A DNA stretch of 64,000 nt from an uncultured bacterium. Its GTDB lineage: Bacteria > CSSED10-310 > CAZUFC01. Below the pieces are notes generated by a model. That model searched no databases and was not told the origin of the DNA. It saw nothing but the letters and a program-made list of their open reading frames with translations. The number at the start of each line of letters is the position of its first letter. Position 1 is the first letter of the stretch. The position numbers and the translations under genes were made by a program. Below are positions 30,644 through 40,714 of this stretch, one piece after another. The DNA is taken from NCBI GenBank assembly GCA_964619725.1, contig CAZUFC010000021.1:16963-80962 (forward strand), read 5' to 3'.

Positions 30644-32440
30644 GTGAATTTAAAGAATAATAGGGCGCCGAAAAACAGAAAAAACGAAATTGACCGGAAA
30701 TTCCTGTTTTTTTTCCTGGGTATAATTCTTTTATCCGTGGTTCTTCGCTTTTATCAGTTATCGGCCGATCCGCCGCCTTCTGTGGGTTTGCATTTTATTT
30801 CCGATGAAGGATGGTGGGTTCACAATGCCAGAAATAAAGTGTTGTTCGGAGAATGGGTGCTTGATGAATTCAACCAGTCGCTGCTGATAAGTCCGTTGTT
30901 CTGTTTCAGCGCTGCGTTTTTCTTTTCCATAATGGGAGTTGGTTTTACCTCGGCCAGGATGACGTCCGCCCTGGCCGGCACGGTTTTCGTGTTATGGAGT
31001 TCTTTATGGGCCGGAAAAAAGTGGGGAGCTAAAACCGGACTCATAGTAGGACTTATGACTGGACTGGATTTCGTTTTAATCAGCATAAACCGGATTGCTT
31101 TCGTGGACTCGCTCATGCTTGTTTTTGTCTGGGGCGTTTACGCGTTCTGGGAGAGTTCCCGGAAACGCACTCTTTTTTCGTTCATTTCCGGTCTGTGTCT
31201 GGGCCTGGCATACGTAACCAAGTCTTACAGCCTGTTTTTCGGCCCTCTTCTGCTGCTGATCGCAGCAGCGGAAGGTTTCATAAATAAAAAGGCAATCCTT
31301 ACGATCCTCAAACGTCTTTTTCTGTTCGGCGCCGGATTCCTTCTCATTATTATTGCCTGGATTCTGCTCCTGCTGATCCCCTATTGGTCCGATTTTAAAA
31401 TAATGTATCATTTATGGACCGACGGCAATTTTCCTCGATCAGGAAAAGAGGCTCTAAAAAACATCGTCAATACCTTCTTTTTTATTTCAGACGGCAAAGT
31501 TCACCCGAGAAAATTCTTCCATCTGGGTTTCTTTTATCCGCTGCTTTTCAGCCTGTTCTGGTGTAAAATGCTCCTGAAAGCGAAAAACCTGAAAAAAACC
31601 TTTACAAACCTGAACATAGAAAAACTGGATTTCCTTATCTGGTTCCTCTGGGCTATTCTTTTCATTTTACCCCTTACCGCCAAACCTCTGCGAAGATATC
31701 TAATTCTCATATCGCCTTCCGTCATGTTGGGAGCGACCTTTCTAATCGGCAGAAAAGAATATGAAGAAAAAGGCCTGATGCGTCATTCAGAGAACAGGGT
31801 TAAAATGATCCTGGCGCTGCTCCCCCTGGGGATTACTCTGGGGACCATTTTTTCTGTTTTGCCGGCTAATCTGATTTTAAATATGATCTCACGGAATGCG
31901 CCTTTGCCCCCGCCGCATATGCACATCATGGCAATTGCCGCTGGCTCCCTTGCGGCTGCATCAGCTTTCTTCCTGTTAGTGGGTTCTCTTTTCAGAATCC
32001 AGGTGATCAGGTTTTTGCTTCATCCCCATAAAACAAAGGTCTTGATTTTGCTTTTCTTGGCCTATGTCGCAACACTGCACGGCCATGGATTCTATTACAG
32101 AACTCATTCGTTGCGTGACGTTTCCCGGGAATTGCGCGCTATTTTTAATGAATCGGTCACCGTACTGGGCGGTACCGCAGATACCCTGTGCCTTGAAAAC
32201 AAGGCCAGGACTATAGCCATCTGGGGGAGGGAAGAAGCTGACAGGGTTTTGAATGAGAATCCTGTGAAGAGATTCGATCCCGATTATCTGATGATCCCGG
32301 TTAAAATGGACGGTCCCTGGATCAGAGAAGAAAGATACGCCAGATACGCCAGGAAAGATTTGCCGGCGGATTTGATAAAAGTATTGCCTGAACCCGGGGG
32401 CGGTTACAGAGTTGAAGTGGAACTTTATCGGCTGGAATGA
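30644..32440 (+). CDS. ArnT/PMT-like (GT-C) membrane glycosyltransferase
   Basis: LRFYQL...SDEGWW..NARN, multiple TM helices, TK motif. Confidence 0.85.
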   Translation: MNLKNNRAPKNRKNEIDRKFLFFFLGIILLSVVLRFYQLSADPPPSVGLHFISDEGWWVHNARNKVLFGEWVLDEFNQSLLISPLFCFSAAFFFSIMGVGFTSARMTSALAGTVFVLWSSLWAGKKWGAKTGLIVGLMTGLDFVLISINRIAFVDSLMLVFVWGVYAFWESSRKRTLFSFISGLCLGLAYVTKSYSLFFGPLLLLIAAAEGFINKKAILTILKRLFLFGAGFLLIIIAWILLLLIPYWSDFKIMYHLWTDGNFPRSGKEALKNIVNTFFFISDGKVHPRKFFHLGFFYPLLFSLFWCKMLLKAKNLKKTFTNLNIEKLDFLIWFLWAILFILPLTAKPLRRYLILISPSVMLGATFLIGRKEYEEKGLMRHSENRVKMILALLPLGITLGTIFSVLPANLILNMISRNAPLPPPHMHIMAIAAGSLAAASAFFLLVGSLFRIQVIRFLLHPHKTKVLILLFLAYVATLHGHGFYYRTHSLRDVSRELRAIFNESVTVLGGTADTLCLENKARTIAIWGREEADRVLNENPVKRFDPDYLMIPVKMDGPWIREERYARYARKDLPADLIKVLPEPGGGYRVEVELYRLE

Positions 32441-33714
32441 CCGGTTTGGATTGCTTTCCGCTTCGACCCACAGGAGTTTTCGCTTGCATGAAATGGACAT
32501 CATTTTTAAAATTTCATAAATATAGACAGGAGCGTTATCTAAAAGATGCGCCAAGCGGAATCTCGACCTTCATTAAAATGGGAAGGATCGAAGAGGGCTT
32601 GCTTGATGGTTGGCATCAGGTCGAATATTTTCACGATGCTTACCACGGCGTTCGATGGACGAGCGCAAAAGCTTCCTGCCTGCTGAAAAACGATCCGCAG
32701 GAGAGAAACTCGGTCCTCCAGTTGTTCGCCTACAATCCGCTTTTTGATCAGCCCGACAGGAAAATAACGGTAAGGGTTAACGGGAAACCCGCGGGTTCAA
32801 GTTCAGTTGATTCATCCCTGGTGCGCCGGTTTTATCCGATTGAAACACGTAAAAAAACGATCCGAGTCGATATTGAAGTTCATAACCCCTTTACGAAAAA
32901 GACCACCGGCGACCCAAGGGAACTCGGAATAGCCGTATTTGAAATTTCCGCTCTGGGGCGCAAAGCGTCGCATGATCCCAGGATCATTGAATTGGAAACG
33001 ACTCATCGATGCAATATTAATCCTCCATGCGTCATGTGCTACCCCAGGATTCTCGCCTCTGAACAGGAACTCGCCGGCGAACTCCATGATAACATTTTAA
33101 ATCAAGTCCGCCCCTTCCTTAAGAAAGCGGACGCCGTATCCTTGCACGGCAGGGGAGACCCGCTGGCCTATTCACGGATTGAGGAAATCATCAACTCAAT
33201 CGATACCGGAAAAACCAGACTCTACTTCTGCACCAACGGTCTGCTGCTGTACGATTCCCTGATTCGCGCGATGATACGAAAAAAAATCGAAATATTGAAT
33301 GTCTCAGTCGATGCCGCTACAGCCGATACTTATGCAAAATTGAGAAAGAATCGCTTGAATGTTCTGATCAGAAAATTGAAAAGAGTGCAGAAAATCAAAA
33401 AAGAAATGAAAGCTCAAAGACCCAGGCTTTCTTTAAGCTTCATCCTCATGAAGGAAAACGCTCATGAAGCAGCCGACTTCATCGACCTCGCTCAGGATGT
33501 CGGCGCTTATATGGTTCGCTTCAGTCGGCTCAATCCCTTGCCCCGGCACCACAAAAACATTATTCAGGATTACGGAGACTTCCTTTTCGATTATAACAGC
33601 CAAATTATTCCCGACACGCCCAAAAACTTCCAGGCATACCTGGCTTCTGCTGTCGAAAAAGCTCGAACAGCAGGAATTGAAATAACTTTGCCCAGCGAGG
33701 AACTCGATCTGTGA
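32437..33714 (+). CDS. Radical SAM protein with N-terminal beta-sandwich domain
   Basis: THRCNINPPCVMC, GRGDPL, TNG, VSVDA; N-terminal GWHQVE..RWT..DPRELGI. Confidence 0.85.
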   Translation: MTGLDCFPLRPTGVFACMKWTSFLKFHKYRQERYLKDAPSGISTFIKMGRIEEGLLDGWHQVEYFHDAYHGVRWTSAKASCLLKNDPQERNSVLQLFAYNPLFDQPDRKITVRVNGKPAGSSSVDSSLVRRFYPIETRKKTIRVDIEVHNPFTKKTTGDPRELGIAVFEISALGRKASHDPRIIELETTHRCNINPPCVMCYPRILASEQELAGELHDNILNQVRPFLKKADAVSLHGRGDPLAYSRIEEIINSIDTGKTRLYFCTNGLLLYDSLIRAMIRKKIEILNVSVDAATADTYAKLRKNRLNVLIRKLKRVQKIKKEMKAQRPRLSLSFILMKENAHEAADFIDLAQDVGAYMVRFSRLNPLPRHHKNIIQDYGDFLFDYNSQIIPDTPKNFQAYLASAVEKARTAGIEITLPSEELDL

Positions 33715-33977
33715 AACACAATACTCAAAAAAAAAGAAGAATCCTGTGCACCAAACCCTGGACCTCGCTTATGATCACCGTAGACGGTAAAGTATCCTTC
33801 TGCTGCTATATGAGAGACCCGGAATATATCCTGGGAGACCTGCAAAAATCAGATTTAAACGCCGTCTGGAACGGCCAAAAAGCACAAATCATACGAAAAA
33901 CTATGCTGCAAAACGAATTGCCCGAGTGCTGCAGGAACTGCCCTCGATATAATGAAAGAGCCGCTGAACTCAAATAA
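33711..33977 (+). CDS. Stand-alone SPASM/twitch domain protein
   Basis: CTKPW..ITVDGKVSFCC...LGDL...VWNG...CRNC; GTGA overlap with the upstream gene. Confidence 0.8.
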   Translation: MKHNTQKKRRILCTKPWTSLMITVDGKVSFCCYMRDPEYILGDLQKSDLNAVWNGQKAQIIRKTMLQNELPECCRNCPRYNERAAELK

Positions 33978-34160
33978 TCTCTATGCGCAGGAAATTTATT
34001 ACTGATTCATTCTATTAGCAGAATCTAAATATGCGGGGTCGGGAGATGATTGTTCTTCCTGGAGCTATCCTGAGCTTATGACTCGCTGCTGATGTTATCC
34101 AAACTCCTTAAAATCTCGTAACCGACAGCGAAATCTACAATACCCGTGCCCGGTTAATTA

Positions 34161-34901
34161 TCACATCGGCGCCGACGGCAAATCGAAGGTCGAAAAATTC
34201 CACGGCGGCCAGGGCGTCGTGATCACGAAGGACCTTATTCCCTTCGACTTGAATTCCTGCTCCAGCGATTCTACGAAATTTTGAGCATCCTGCTTCCGGC
34301 ATAATATGTTTATATTCCCCATTACCTGACCGCCGGACTTCGAAAAATCCCAGTTGAAATCAACCAGCTTTCCGTTGCCCGCCTTCCGGATTACAGGCAA
34401 CAAATTCTTTAATCCCGAATCGCTGCCTGATTCCCTCCCTTCATGTGACTTCAAATATAAAGTCCCGGGACCGAATCTCAATGATATGTCGCGGGATGAT
34501 GAGGAATCCGCAAATAAAAATGAATCCCCGTTCATACGGCCTAAACGTATCTTTATCCCGAACTCCACCATGCCGTGCAAACGGTCCAGACTCTCCTGGA
34601 TTATCTCGCTCTGATGCTTCAACGTCTCACGCAATGAAGACGATGAACCGAATTTTAATCCGAATCGTACCGGTATCATCTCGTTCGTCTGATTAAATAT
34701 CTCTCGAACAACTCGATGATGCTGAAACTCCGCCATCGAATTATCCGGGTCCAACTCCTCCTCGGTATGCTCGGAAACAATCGCCTGAAAACGGTCAACT
34801 GATACTGATACTACTCGCCTGTTCGCTATACCCGTTATTGCGCCGTTTTTCATCGGAAATGCTCGCGTTATCCCGTAAAGGTGTATCCATAGCCCGCCCA
34901 T
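34161..34901 (-). CDS. GvpL/GvpF-family protein
   Basis: LYGI, HHRVV, IPVRFG, G.VEFGIK, GPGTLYL and PWPPWNF motifs. Confidence 0.82.
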   Translation of the reverse strand: MGGLWIHLYGITRAFPMKNGAITGIANRRVVSVSVDRFQAIVSEHTEEELDPDNSMAEFQHHRVVREIFNQTNEMIPVRFGLKFGSSSSLRETLKHQSEIIQESLDRLHGMVEFGIKIRLGRMNGDSFLFADSSSSRDISLRFGPGTLYLKSHEGRESGSDSGLKNLLPVIRKAGNGKLVDFNWDFSKSGGQVMGNINILCRKQDAQNFVESLEQEFKSKGIRSFVITTPWPPWNFSTFDLPSAPM

Positions 34902-35114
34902 TTTTCCGTCCTTTCTACAAATGTTTCCGCTTTCAGCCGGCAGCCCCTCTGCCGACCTTGATCCTCAATTCAATCATTCGTTTCTTGCTGCTTTTATCGG
35001 GTTTTGTGTCTGTTCGGCGGGATTGTCCTTTCGCAATGGCGTTTCGGTATCTCTGGTTGCCGCTTCCTTCCGCCTGCGAAAATTAATGAGCCCCTGGCCC
35101 TCCCCACTTCCTTC

Positions 35115-35143
35115 AATATAGCGCCACAAAAACGGTAAATCAA
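35115..35143 (-). promoter_or_regulatory. Putative sigma70 promoter upstream of gvpL/F
   Basis: Minus strand TTGATT-17 nt-TATATT. Confidence 0.55.
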
Positions 35144-35275
35144 GCAAAAATGTAAAAAAAAGTAATTTTCGCAATTATGGCATTTGAGTCGGCCGAAAGC
35201 GCACGGCATCGGCGAGCGACGATTTTTAGTTGAACTTCACGCATCAAGAAGCTAATTTTGAGGAAGGAGGTATCG

Positions 35276-35587
35276 ATGGAAGAAAAAATAAAAAGTTCAT
35301 GGGAAATAGCGATGGAGAAGCTTGGGATGGATAAGGAGCGAGAAGGTAAGCTGACGGAGGAGCAGCGAAGGAATCTGGAAGAGTTGAGGAAGGAGTACAA
35401 GGCGAAGCGAGCAGAATTGGAGATAATGTTGAAGGCGAAGCTGGGGAAGTTGGCTGACCGGACGCGTCCTGAGGAGATACACATGAAGCGGGAGCAGATG
35501 AAGAAGGAGTATAGTGAGGAGCTGGAGAGGCTGAGAGAGGAAGAGGAAGCGAAGCGGAAGCGGATAAGGATGGGCGAGCGGGATTGA
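35276..35587 (+). CDS. Small coiled-coil hypothetical protein
   Basis: AAGGAGGT RBS before ATG 35276; IKSSWEIAMEK N-terminus; overlaps the next gene by TTGA. Confidence 0.75.
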   Translation: MEEKIKSSWEIAMEKLGMDKEREGKLTEEQRRNLEELRKEYKAKRAELEIMLKAKLGKLADRTRPEEIHMKREQMKKEYSEELERLREEEEAKRKRIRMGERD

Positions 35588-36558
35588 GGCGTTGTATATT
35601 AGACATAGGTCGCTGGTTTTTCTGGTTTCCGGTAAGGGAAGTATTATCGAGGCTGCCGATCCGTTATATACCGAAGGCGGCGCGTGTGATGGGGATGTTG
35701 CGCGGCGGCATATCGATTCGTAAGAAGAATGCGGCGCGATCTGAATTCAGGCGGGTAACGGGGGAGGAATTGAGCGAAGGGGAGATGGACGAGATAGTGC
35801 GAAGGAGTTCGGTATTATCGATGGAGTCATTAATGCTGAGTTTCGTATATCCGCGTTTGACGGAGCGTAATATCTGCCGGGTGATAACGACGGAAGGGAC
35901 GGAGTTATTGGACAGGGCTCTTGAGGGTGGGAACGGCGTCATTCTGTTATTGGCGCATTTTGGAGCGAACCAGTTATGCATGCCGGCATTGGGGTATGCC
36001 GGATATCGGATCAATCAGTTGGCTGGAGCGCCTGAGGACTGGCATAAGCTGACGCGGGTAGTACCGCGGAAGATAGAGCGAAAGATTTTCGACGTGAGAT
36101 TTCGTCTGGAGAGTCATCTGCCGGTAAATTTCATATTTGTCCGATCTACGATGAGGCCGGCGCTGGAATGTTTACGCAGGGGCGAGATATTAATCATGGC
36201 GTTTGACGGAAGGGCGGGAACGCAATGGTTGGAAACGCGATTTTTCCGTCGGAAGTTGAATATTTCGACGGGACCATTTTCGTTATCCAGGATTTCCGGT
36301 GCGCCCATTCTTCCTTTGTTCGTAATAAGAAGGCCGTCCGGCGGATTCCTGTGCAGGATTGAACCGGCTATTGAAAAGATTCCTGCAGATTCGGGACGCA
36401 AAGGCCTGTCGAAGGCGGCCAGAGAGTTTGCTTCCATACTGGAACGATATGTGAAAATTTACCCCTGTCATTATATACAGTTACTGGCGGAGGCGAGGTT
36501 AAGGGCGAATTTTGATCCGGTTCCCCTGTTTATTGACAATCAGGAAGGAATGTCTTAA
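35584..36558 (+). CDS. Lysophospholipid/LpxL-family acyltransferase
   Basis: GNGVILLLAHFGA, MAFDG, FF, GAPILP motifs. Confidence 0.8.
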   Translation: MRRCILDIGRWFFWFPVREVLSRLPIRYIPKAARVMGMLRGGISIRKKNAARSEFRRVTGEELSEGEMDEIVRRSSVLSMESLMLSFVYPRLTERNICRVITTEGTELLDRALEGGNGVILLLAHFGANQLCMPALGYAGYRINQLAGAPEDWHKLTRVVPRKIERKIFDVRFRLESHLPVNFIFVRSTMRPALECLRRGEILIMAFDGRAGTQWLETRFFRRKLNISTGPFSLSRISGAPILPLFVIRRPSGGFLCRIEPAIEKIPADSGRKGLSKAAREFASILERYVKIYPCHYIQLLAEARLRANFDPVPLFIDNQEGMS

Positions 36559-36570
36559 TCTGAGAAGGCT

Positions 36571-37416
36571 ATGAAGTCTCCAACCCACAGAGCCAAGCCG
36601 GATTATTCGATAGCAGTTTTTTTCTCGTTGGAAAAAGAAGCGCAAGGCATGATCAAGGCGGCCGGTTTGAAGAAATCGGATTCGCTGGTCGGATTAAAGG
36701 TTTATGAAGGGATATATGAAGGCTTGAAGTTGTTCGTTATTTTGACGGGAGTCGGAGAACGCCGGGCGGAAAAATCGGCAAGAAAATTTCTGAACGCCAT
36801 CAGGCCGTCGTTCGTTATCTCATCAGGATGGGCCGGCGCCCTCAATGAAAATTTCAGGGTAGGAGACCTGCTTATTCCGACTAGAATCACCCGATGCGCG
36901 GACGGAGTTTCCCTGGTTCTGGACGACCGTATCATTGAACTGATTAAACCCTGCTTGAAGGAGTTGCCCATTCATTATCCCCATTCCGGGCTGACGGTCG
37001 ACCGGGTTTTCGACAAGGAGCAGAAGGTTTCAATCAAAAAAAAATATCCTTATGCGGGTATGGTCGACATGGAGTCTTGCGCGGTTTTGAATGTTTTGAA
37101 CTCTCAGGGGATTCCCATATTGATTCTTCGTTCTGTCTCCGATTCTTATCATGCAAAACTGCCGAAAATAGTAACGCAATTTAGTTATTATCGCGGAAAA
37201 AAGAAATGGCTGCAGCTAGCCGCTTTAATTCTTAATCCTCTTGAAGCGATGAGGATACTGAGGATTACTTTTAATTGCTGGAAAGCCGAAAGAAACCACA
37301 CTCAAGCATTGCTGCGGCTGATAAAAGAATTTCCGCTCACCGACATGGACAAAAGAAGCGCCCGTTTTCAAACGGGGTCTCAGTTTTCTGCTGGAGAAAC
37401 TCCCGAAAAATATTGA
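36571..37416 (+). CDS. Nucleoside phosphorylase/MTA-SAH nucleosidase-like protein
   Basis: TGVG, SGWAGAL, GDL, VDMES, RSVSD. Confidence 0.82.
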   Translation: MKSPTHRAKPDYSIAVFFSLEKEAQGMIKAAGLKKSDSLVGLKVYEGIYEGLKLFVILTGVGERRAEKSARKFLNAIRPSFVISSGWAGALNENFRVGDLLIPTRITRCADGVSLVLDDRIIELIKPCLKELPIHYPHSGLTVDRVFDKEQKVSIKKKYPYAGMVDMESCAVLNVLNSQGIPILILRSVSDSYHAKLPKIVTQFSYYRGKKKWLQLAALILNPLEAMRILRITFNCWKAERNHTQALLRLIKEFPLTDMDKRSARFQTGSQFSAGETPEKY

Positions 37417-37429
37417 AGACATTTTTCTC

Positions 37430-37459
37430 TTGACATTTTTGACTCAGAAAGAGTAAAGT
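37430..37459 (+). promoter_or_regulatory. Putative promoter for tRNA-Val/infC
   Basis: TTGACA-18 nt-TAAAGT. Confidence 0.45.
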
Positions 37460-37490
37460 CGCCTTACCGGTTTACTTTTTACCGGTTTTC

Positions 37491-37562
37491 AGGCACGTAG
37501 CTCAGGGGGAGAGCGCTACCTTGACGCGGTAGAAGTCGACGGTTCGAAACCGTCCGTGCCTA
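37491..37562 (+). tRNA. tRNA-Val(GAC), CCA not encoded
   Basis: Cloverleaf; anticodon arm CTACC-TTGACGC-GGTAG; GGTTCGAAAC T-arm. Confidence 0.95.
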
Positions 37563-37703
37563 TAGAGAAAAGGAAATCATGGGGCCGAAAGCCGAGTGAT
37601 TTCGCGGATGATTGAAAAGGTCATCGGATGTTTTCATGACGACGAGTAAAGCATGAAGGCGCTGAGTTTTAAGGCCTGTAACTCAATTAAGAAAGGTGGT
37701 ACT

Positions 37704-38249
37704 TTGAGAAGAAGGAGGAGAATTGGAGGCAGAAGGAAACCTCCGGAACCTGACGTACGGATCAACGATATGATCAAAGCGAAGGAAGTCAGGCTTATTG
37801 ACAGTGAAGGCAATCAATTGGGAGTAACGAATATTGATGAGGCTTTGAGGATAGCTTCCGAGCAGAAGCTTGATTTAGTGGAAGTAGCGCCTCAGGCAGA
37901 CCCGCCTGTTTGCCGGATAATGAACTATGGGAAATATAAATTTCAGAAAAGCAAAAGAGATCAGGCCGCAAAAAAACGACAGAAGACTTTTCAGGTCAAG
38001 GAAGTCAAATTTCGACCCAAGACGGAAGAGCATGATTATCAGTTTAAGTTAAAGCATGTACAGAGATTTCTGAAAAGCGGCAACAAAGTGAAAGCAACCA
38101 TAATGTTTCGAGGCAGAGAAATGGCTTACACTGATTTCGGCCGGCAGATACTCCAGCGAGTAACGGAAGAAGTGGAGGAACTGGGACAGGTTGAATCTCC
38201 GCCCAAGTTGGAAGGCCGAAACATGAGCATGATTCTGGCGCCGAAATAG
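37704..38249 (+). CDS. infC: Translation initiation factor IF-3
   Basis: [36 protein letters not shown]. Likely non-ATG start (TTG 37704 or ATT 37722). Confidence 0.95.
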   Translation: MRRRRRIGGRRKPPEPDVRINDMIKAKEVRLIDSEGNQLGVTNIDEALRIASEQKLDLVEVAPQADPPVCRIMNYGKYKFQKSKRDQAAKKRQKTFQVKEVKFRPKTEEHDYQFKLKHVQRFLKSGNKVKATIMFRGREMAYTDFGRQILQRVTEEVEELGQVESPPKLEGRNMSMILAPK

Positions 38250-38286
38250 GACTGAACGGATACTTACAGGAGCAAAGGGTAAAGAA

Positions 38287-38484
38287 ATGCCGAAAATGAA
38301 AACGAGCCGAAGTGCGGCTAAACGATTCAAAATAACGAGCAAGGGACGGGTTCGTTGTCAGAAAGCGTATCACAGGCATATATTGACGAAAAAGTCATCC
38401 AACAGGAAAAGGAAGTTGAGGAAAACGACGGTCCTTCACAAGGTGGATGAAAAGAGGATAAAAAAGTTATTGCCTTATAATTAG
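38287..38484 (+). CDS. rpmI: 50S ribosomal protein L35
   Basis: [21 protein letters not shown]. Confidence 0.97.
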   Translation: MPKMKTSRSAAKRFKITSKGRVRCQKAYHRHILTKKSSNRKRKLRKTTVLHKVDEKRIKKLLPYN

Positions 38485-38629
38485 TCCCTTCAACGGGGAT
38501 TTGTCTGCCGGTCGTTAATTGAGGTTCGGCTGCGAGAAATCCCGCGTTGAGATATATTCATATTAAAACAGGATTGAAAATACGCTGGCGAATGATCGCT
38601 ATGTCGGATATTGAACGAAGGAGGAATTC

Positions 38630-38995
38630 ATGGCGCGAGTGAAAGGAGCGCCGGCATCACGGCGCCGCAAAAAGAAAATCATCAAGCAGGCGAAAGGATT
38701 TACAGGATCAAGGAGACGACTGTATAAAACTGCAAAGGAGTCTGTCTGGAGGGCCAGGCAATACGCTTATATTCATCGCAAACAGAAGAAACGTAATTTC
38801 AGAAGGCTTTGGATAATCAGGATAAATGCCGCAGCCAGGCAGAACGGCATCTCTTATTCAGCTTTCATGAACGGAATGAAAGAACTCGGAATAGAAATTG
38901 ATCGAAAAGTGCTGGCAGATTTATCCGTAAATGAACCGCAAGCCTTTTCAGAACTCGTTCAGCGAGTCAGAACGACGTCTTCAGCCGCCGAATGA
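38630..38995 (+). CDS. rplT: 50S ribosomal protein L20
   Basis: MARVK...KKRNFRRLWIIRINAAAR. Confidence 0.97.
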   Translation: MARVKGAPASRRRKKKIIKQAKGFTGSRRRLYKTAKESVWRARQYAYIHRKQKKRNFRRLWIIRINAAARQNGISYSAFMNGMKELGIEIDRKVLADLSVNEPQAFSELVQRVRTTSSAAE

Positions 38996-39693
38996 CTCAG
39001 TATGCCGTGATAGGGTTAGGCGCTTTCGGAATGAGCGTGGCGGTCAGTCTGGCCAAGGAGCGCTGCCAGGTGCTCGGCATCGATATGAATGAAGAGAAGG
39101 TGAATGCCGTCGAAGATGCTTTGACTCAGGCCGTCCAGCTTGATGCCACCAATGCCAAGGCTTTAAAGGAAGTGGGACTGGCCATGTTCGATTACGCTGT
39201 GGTCGGCGTAGGCACAAACCTGGAAGCTTCCATTATGGCGACTCTGAATCTCAAGGAATTAGGCGTTAATCACGTCATCAGCAAGGCGACTTCGGAACAT
39301 CACGGTAAAATTCTGGAAAGAGTGGGCGCAGATCGCGTGGTCTATCCGGAAAGAGATATGGGAAGACGCATTGCGCAGACACTCGCTTCGCCTACCATTT
39401 TCGATCATATACAACTCTCCAAAGAATACAGCATCGAAGAGGTCATCCCGCCGCCTCAATTTTTATCCAAAACTCTAAGGGACCTCGATTTGAGAGCTCG
39501 CTTCGGCATCAACGTCATCGGAATCAGGCATGAACCCTCCAAGGGGCTTTCCAAAACTTTTTCAAAAGGCGAAATCAACATCGCTCCGATGGCCGACGAG
39601 AGGATTGAAGCGGGCGACAAGCTGCTTGTCATCGGCAGGAACGTCAATTTTCAGGAGTTCGATAAAGAATTAAAGAGGCTGAAAAGCGCCTGA
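38992..39693 (+). CDS. KtrA/TrkA-family RCK protein
   Basis: VIGLGAFG, GADRVVYPERDMG, TrkA-C domain. Confidence 0.9.
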   Translation: MTQYAVIGLGAFGMSVAVSLAKERCQVLGIDMNEEKVNAVEDALTQAVQLDATNAKALKEVGLAMFDYAVVGVGTNLEASIMATLNLKELGVNHVISKATSEHHGKILERVGADRVVYPERDMGRRIAQTLASPTIFDHIQLSKEYSIEEVIPPPQFLSKTLRDLDLRARFGINVIGIRHEPSKGLSKTFSKGEINIAPMADERIEAGDKLLVIGRNVNFQEFDKELKRLKSA

Positions 39694-39842
39694 GCAAGCT
39701 GAGCGATCGACGAAATTAATCATTTCCGGAAAAATTTTACTTATTGCAAAGCTTGCATTATTATGAAAAAGGAAGCGTGGGAAACGCTTGAAGACATGAG
39801 TTTCTTTCACATGTTGTTTGATATTGACAGTGAGGTCGAAAC

Positions 39843-40121
39843 GTGGCGATAGAGAGTTTAAAAACATTAAAAGAGAAAGTGATCGAATTGGTCGAGCGCC
39901 ATAAAGAGCTTCAAATGGAAAACGAAAAATTGAAAACCGACATTGAAGAATTGTCTGAAACGAAGAATAAACAGGATGAATTGTTGAAGAAATTTGAATC
40001 TGATAATGAAGAGCTCGAACGATTTCGGGAGAAAGAAGAGGAATGGCGGAAAGAAAGGGAGGAATTGAGGCAAAACATTGAGGAAATGTTGGAGGATTTG
40101 AATAGATCAGGTTTATTCTGA
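39843..40121 (+). CDS. zapB: Cell division protein ZapB-like
   Basis: Short coiled coil directly upstream of zapA. Confidence 0.7.
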   Translation: MAIESLKTLKEKVIELVERHKELQMENEKLKTDIEELSETKNKQDELLKKFESDNEELERFREKEEEWRKEREELRQNIEEMLEDLNRSGLF

Positions 40122-40131
40122 GGTTAAAAAG

Positions 40132-40461
40132 ATGAGCATGAACGGAGACAAAGCGGAAGTGGAAATATTCGGAAAGCGGTATATGCTTACGGGAGAAGGA
40201 ATGGATCAGTTGAAAGTAGCGGCTGCGCTTGTTGATGACAGATTGAAGAAGACGTCTCAGATTCTGAAAAACAAACCCAGAGAAGACCTGGCGGTACTGG
40301 TTGCCCTTAACCTGGCAAGCGAGATGCTTGAATTGGAAAGGGAGACGAAAAGAACAGAGAATTTTATTGAGGATACGAGTTCAGATTTAATACAATTGAT
40401 AGAGGACGGAACCGGGTCAAGAATCCGCGATTCCAAACCGTTGGATAATGGCGGCGGATAA
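40132..40461 (+). CDS. zapA: Cell division protein ZapA
   Basis: VEIFGKRY, VDDRL, LAVLVALNLA. Confidence 0.85.
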   Translation: MSMNGDKAEVEIFGKRYMLTGEGMDQLKVAAALVDDRLKKTSQILKNKPREDLAVLVALNLASEMLELERETKRTENFIEDTSSDLIQLIEDGTGSRIRDSKPLDNGGG

Positions 40462-40534
40462 ACTGAAAATTTTTTATAAACGTATTTCATCACCGTTTCT
40501 GCTTGACGGAAGATGAAAGTGAGAATGACTTGAA

Positions 40535-40714
40535 GATTCCCCTGCTGAGTTCGTGATGAGCTGGAAAATATTGAGCCAACACTTAATAAAAGGGAGCTTG
40601 AGTTTGAAAACAGCGGACATGCCTCTTTCGGGAGGACTTCCAAAATTTTCAACAGGGCGCCCACCTGGTTTTCCAGGTTCAATGACTCCGTTCACACGGC
40701 TCAAGCGGGGGATT
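40535..40714 (+). ncRNA. ssrS: 6S RNA
   Basis: Between zapA and rny; closing stem tcccctgctgag / ctcaagcggggga, central bubble, ttgagcc...cccacc...ggttcaa elements. Confidence 0.85.

Noticed and set aside
33712-33714. Selenocysteine readthrough joining radical SAM and SPASM ORFs
   Set aside because: The SPASM ORF is in a different frame; in-frame readthrough yields a short unrelated peptide.
34161-34901. Gas vesicle gene cluster
   Set aside because: Only one gvp-family gene is present; no GvpA-like ORF is recognisable nearby.
35055-35098. SRP RNA-like motif on the minus strand (caggcggaaggaagcggc)
   Set aside because: Lacks the bases needed for the stem closing the GGAA loop, and no long enclosing helix is evident.
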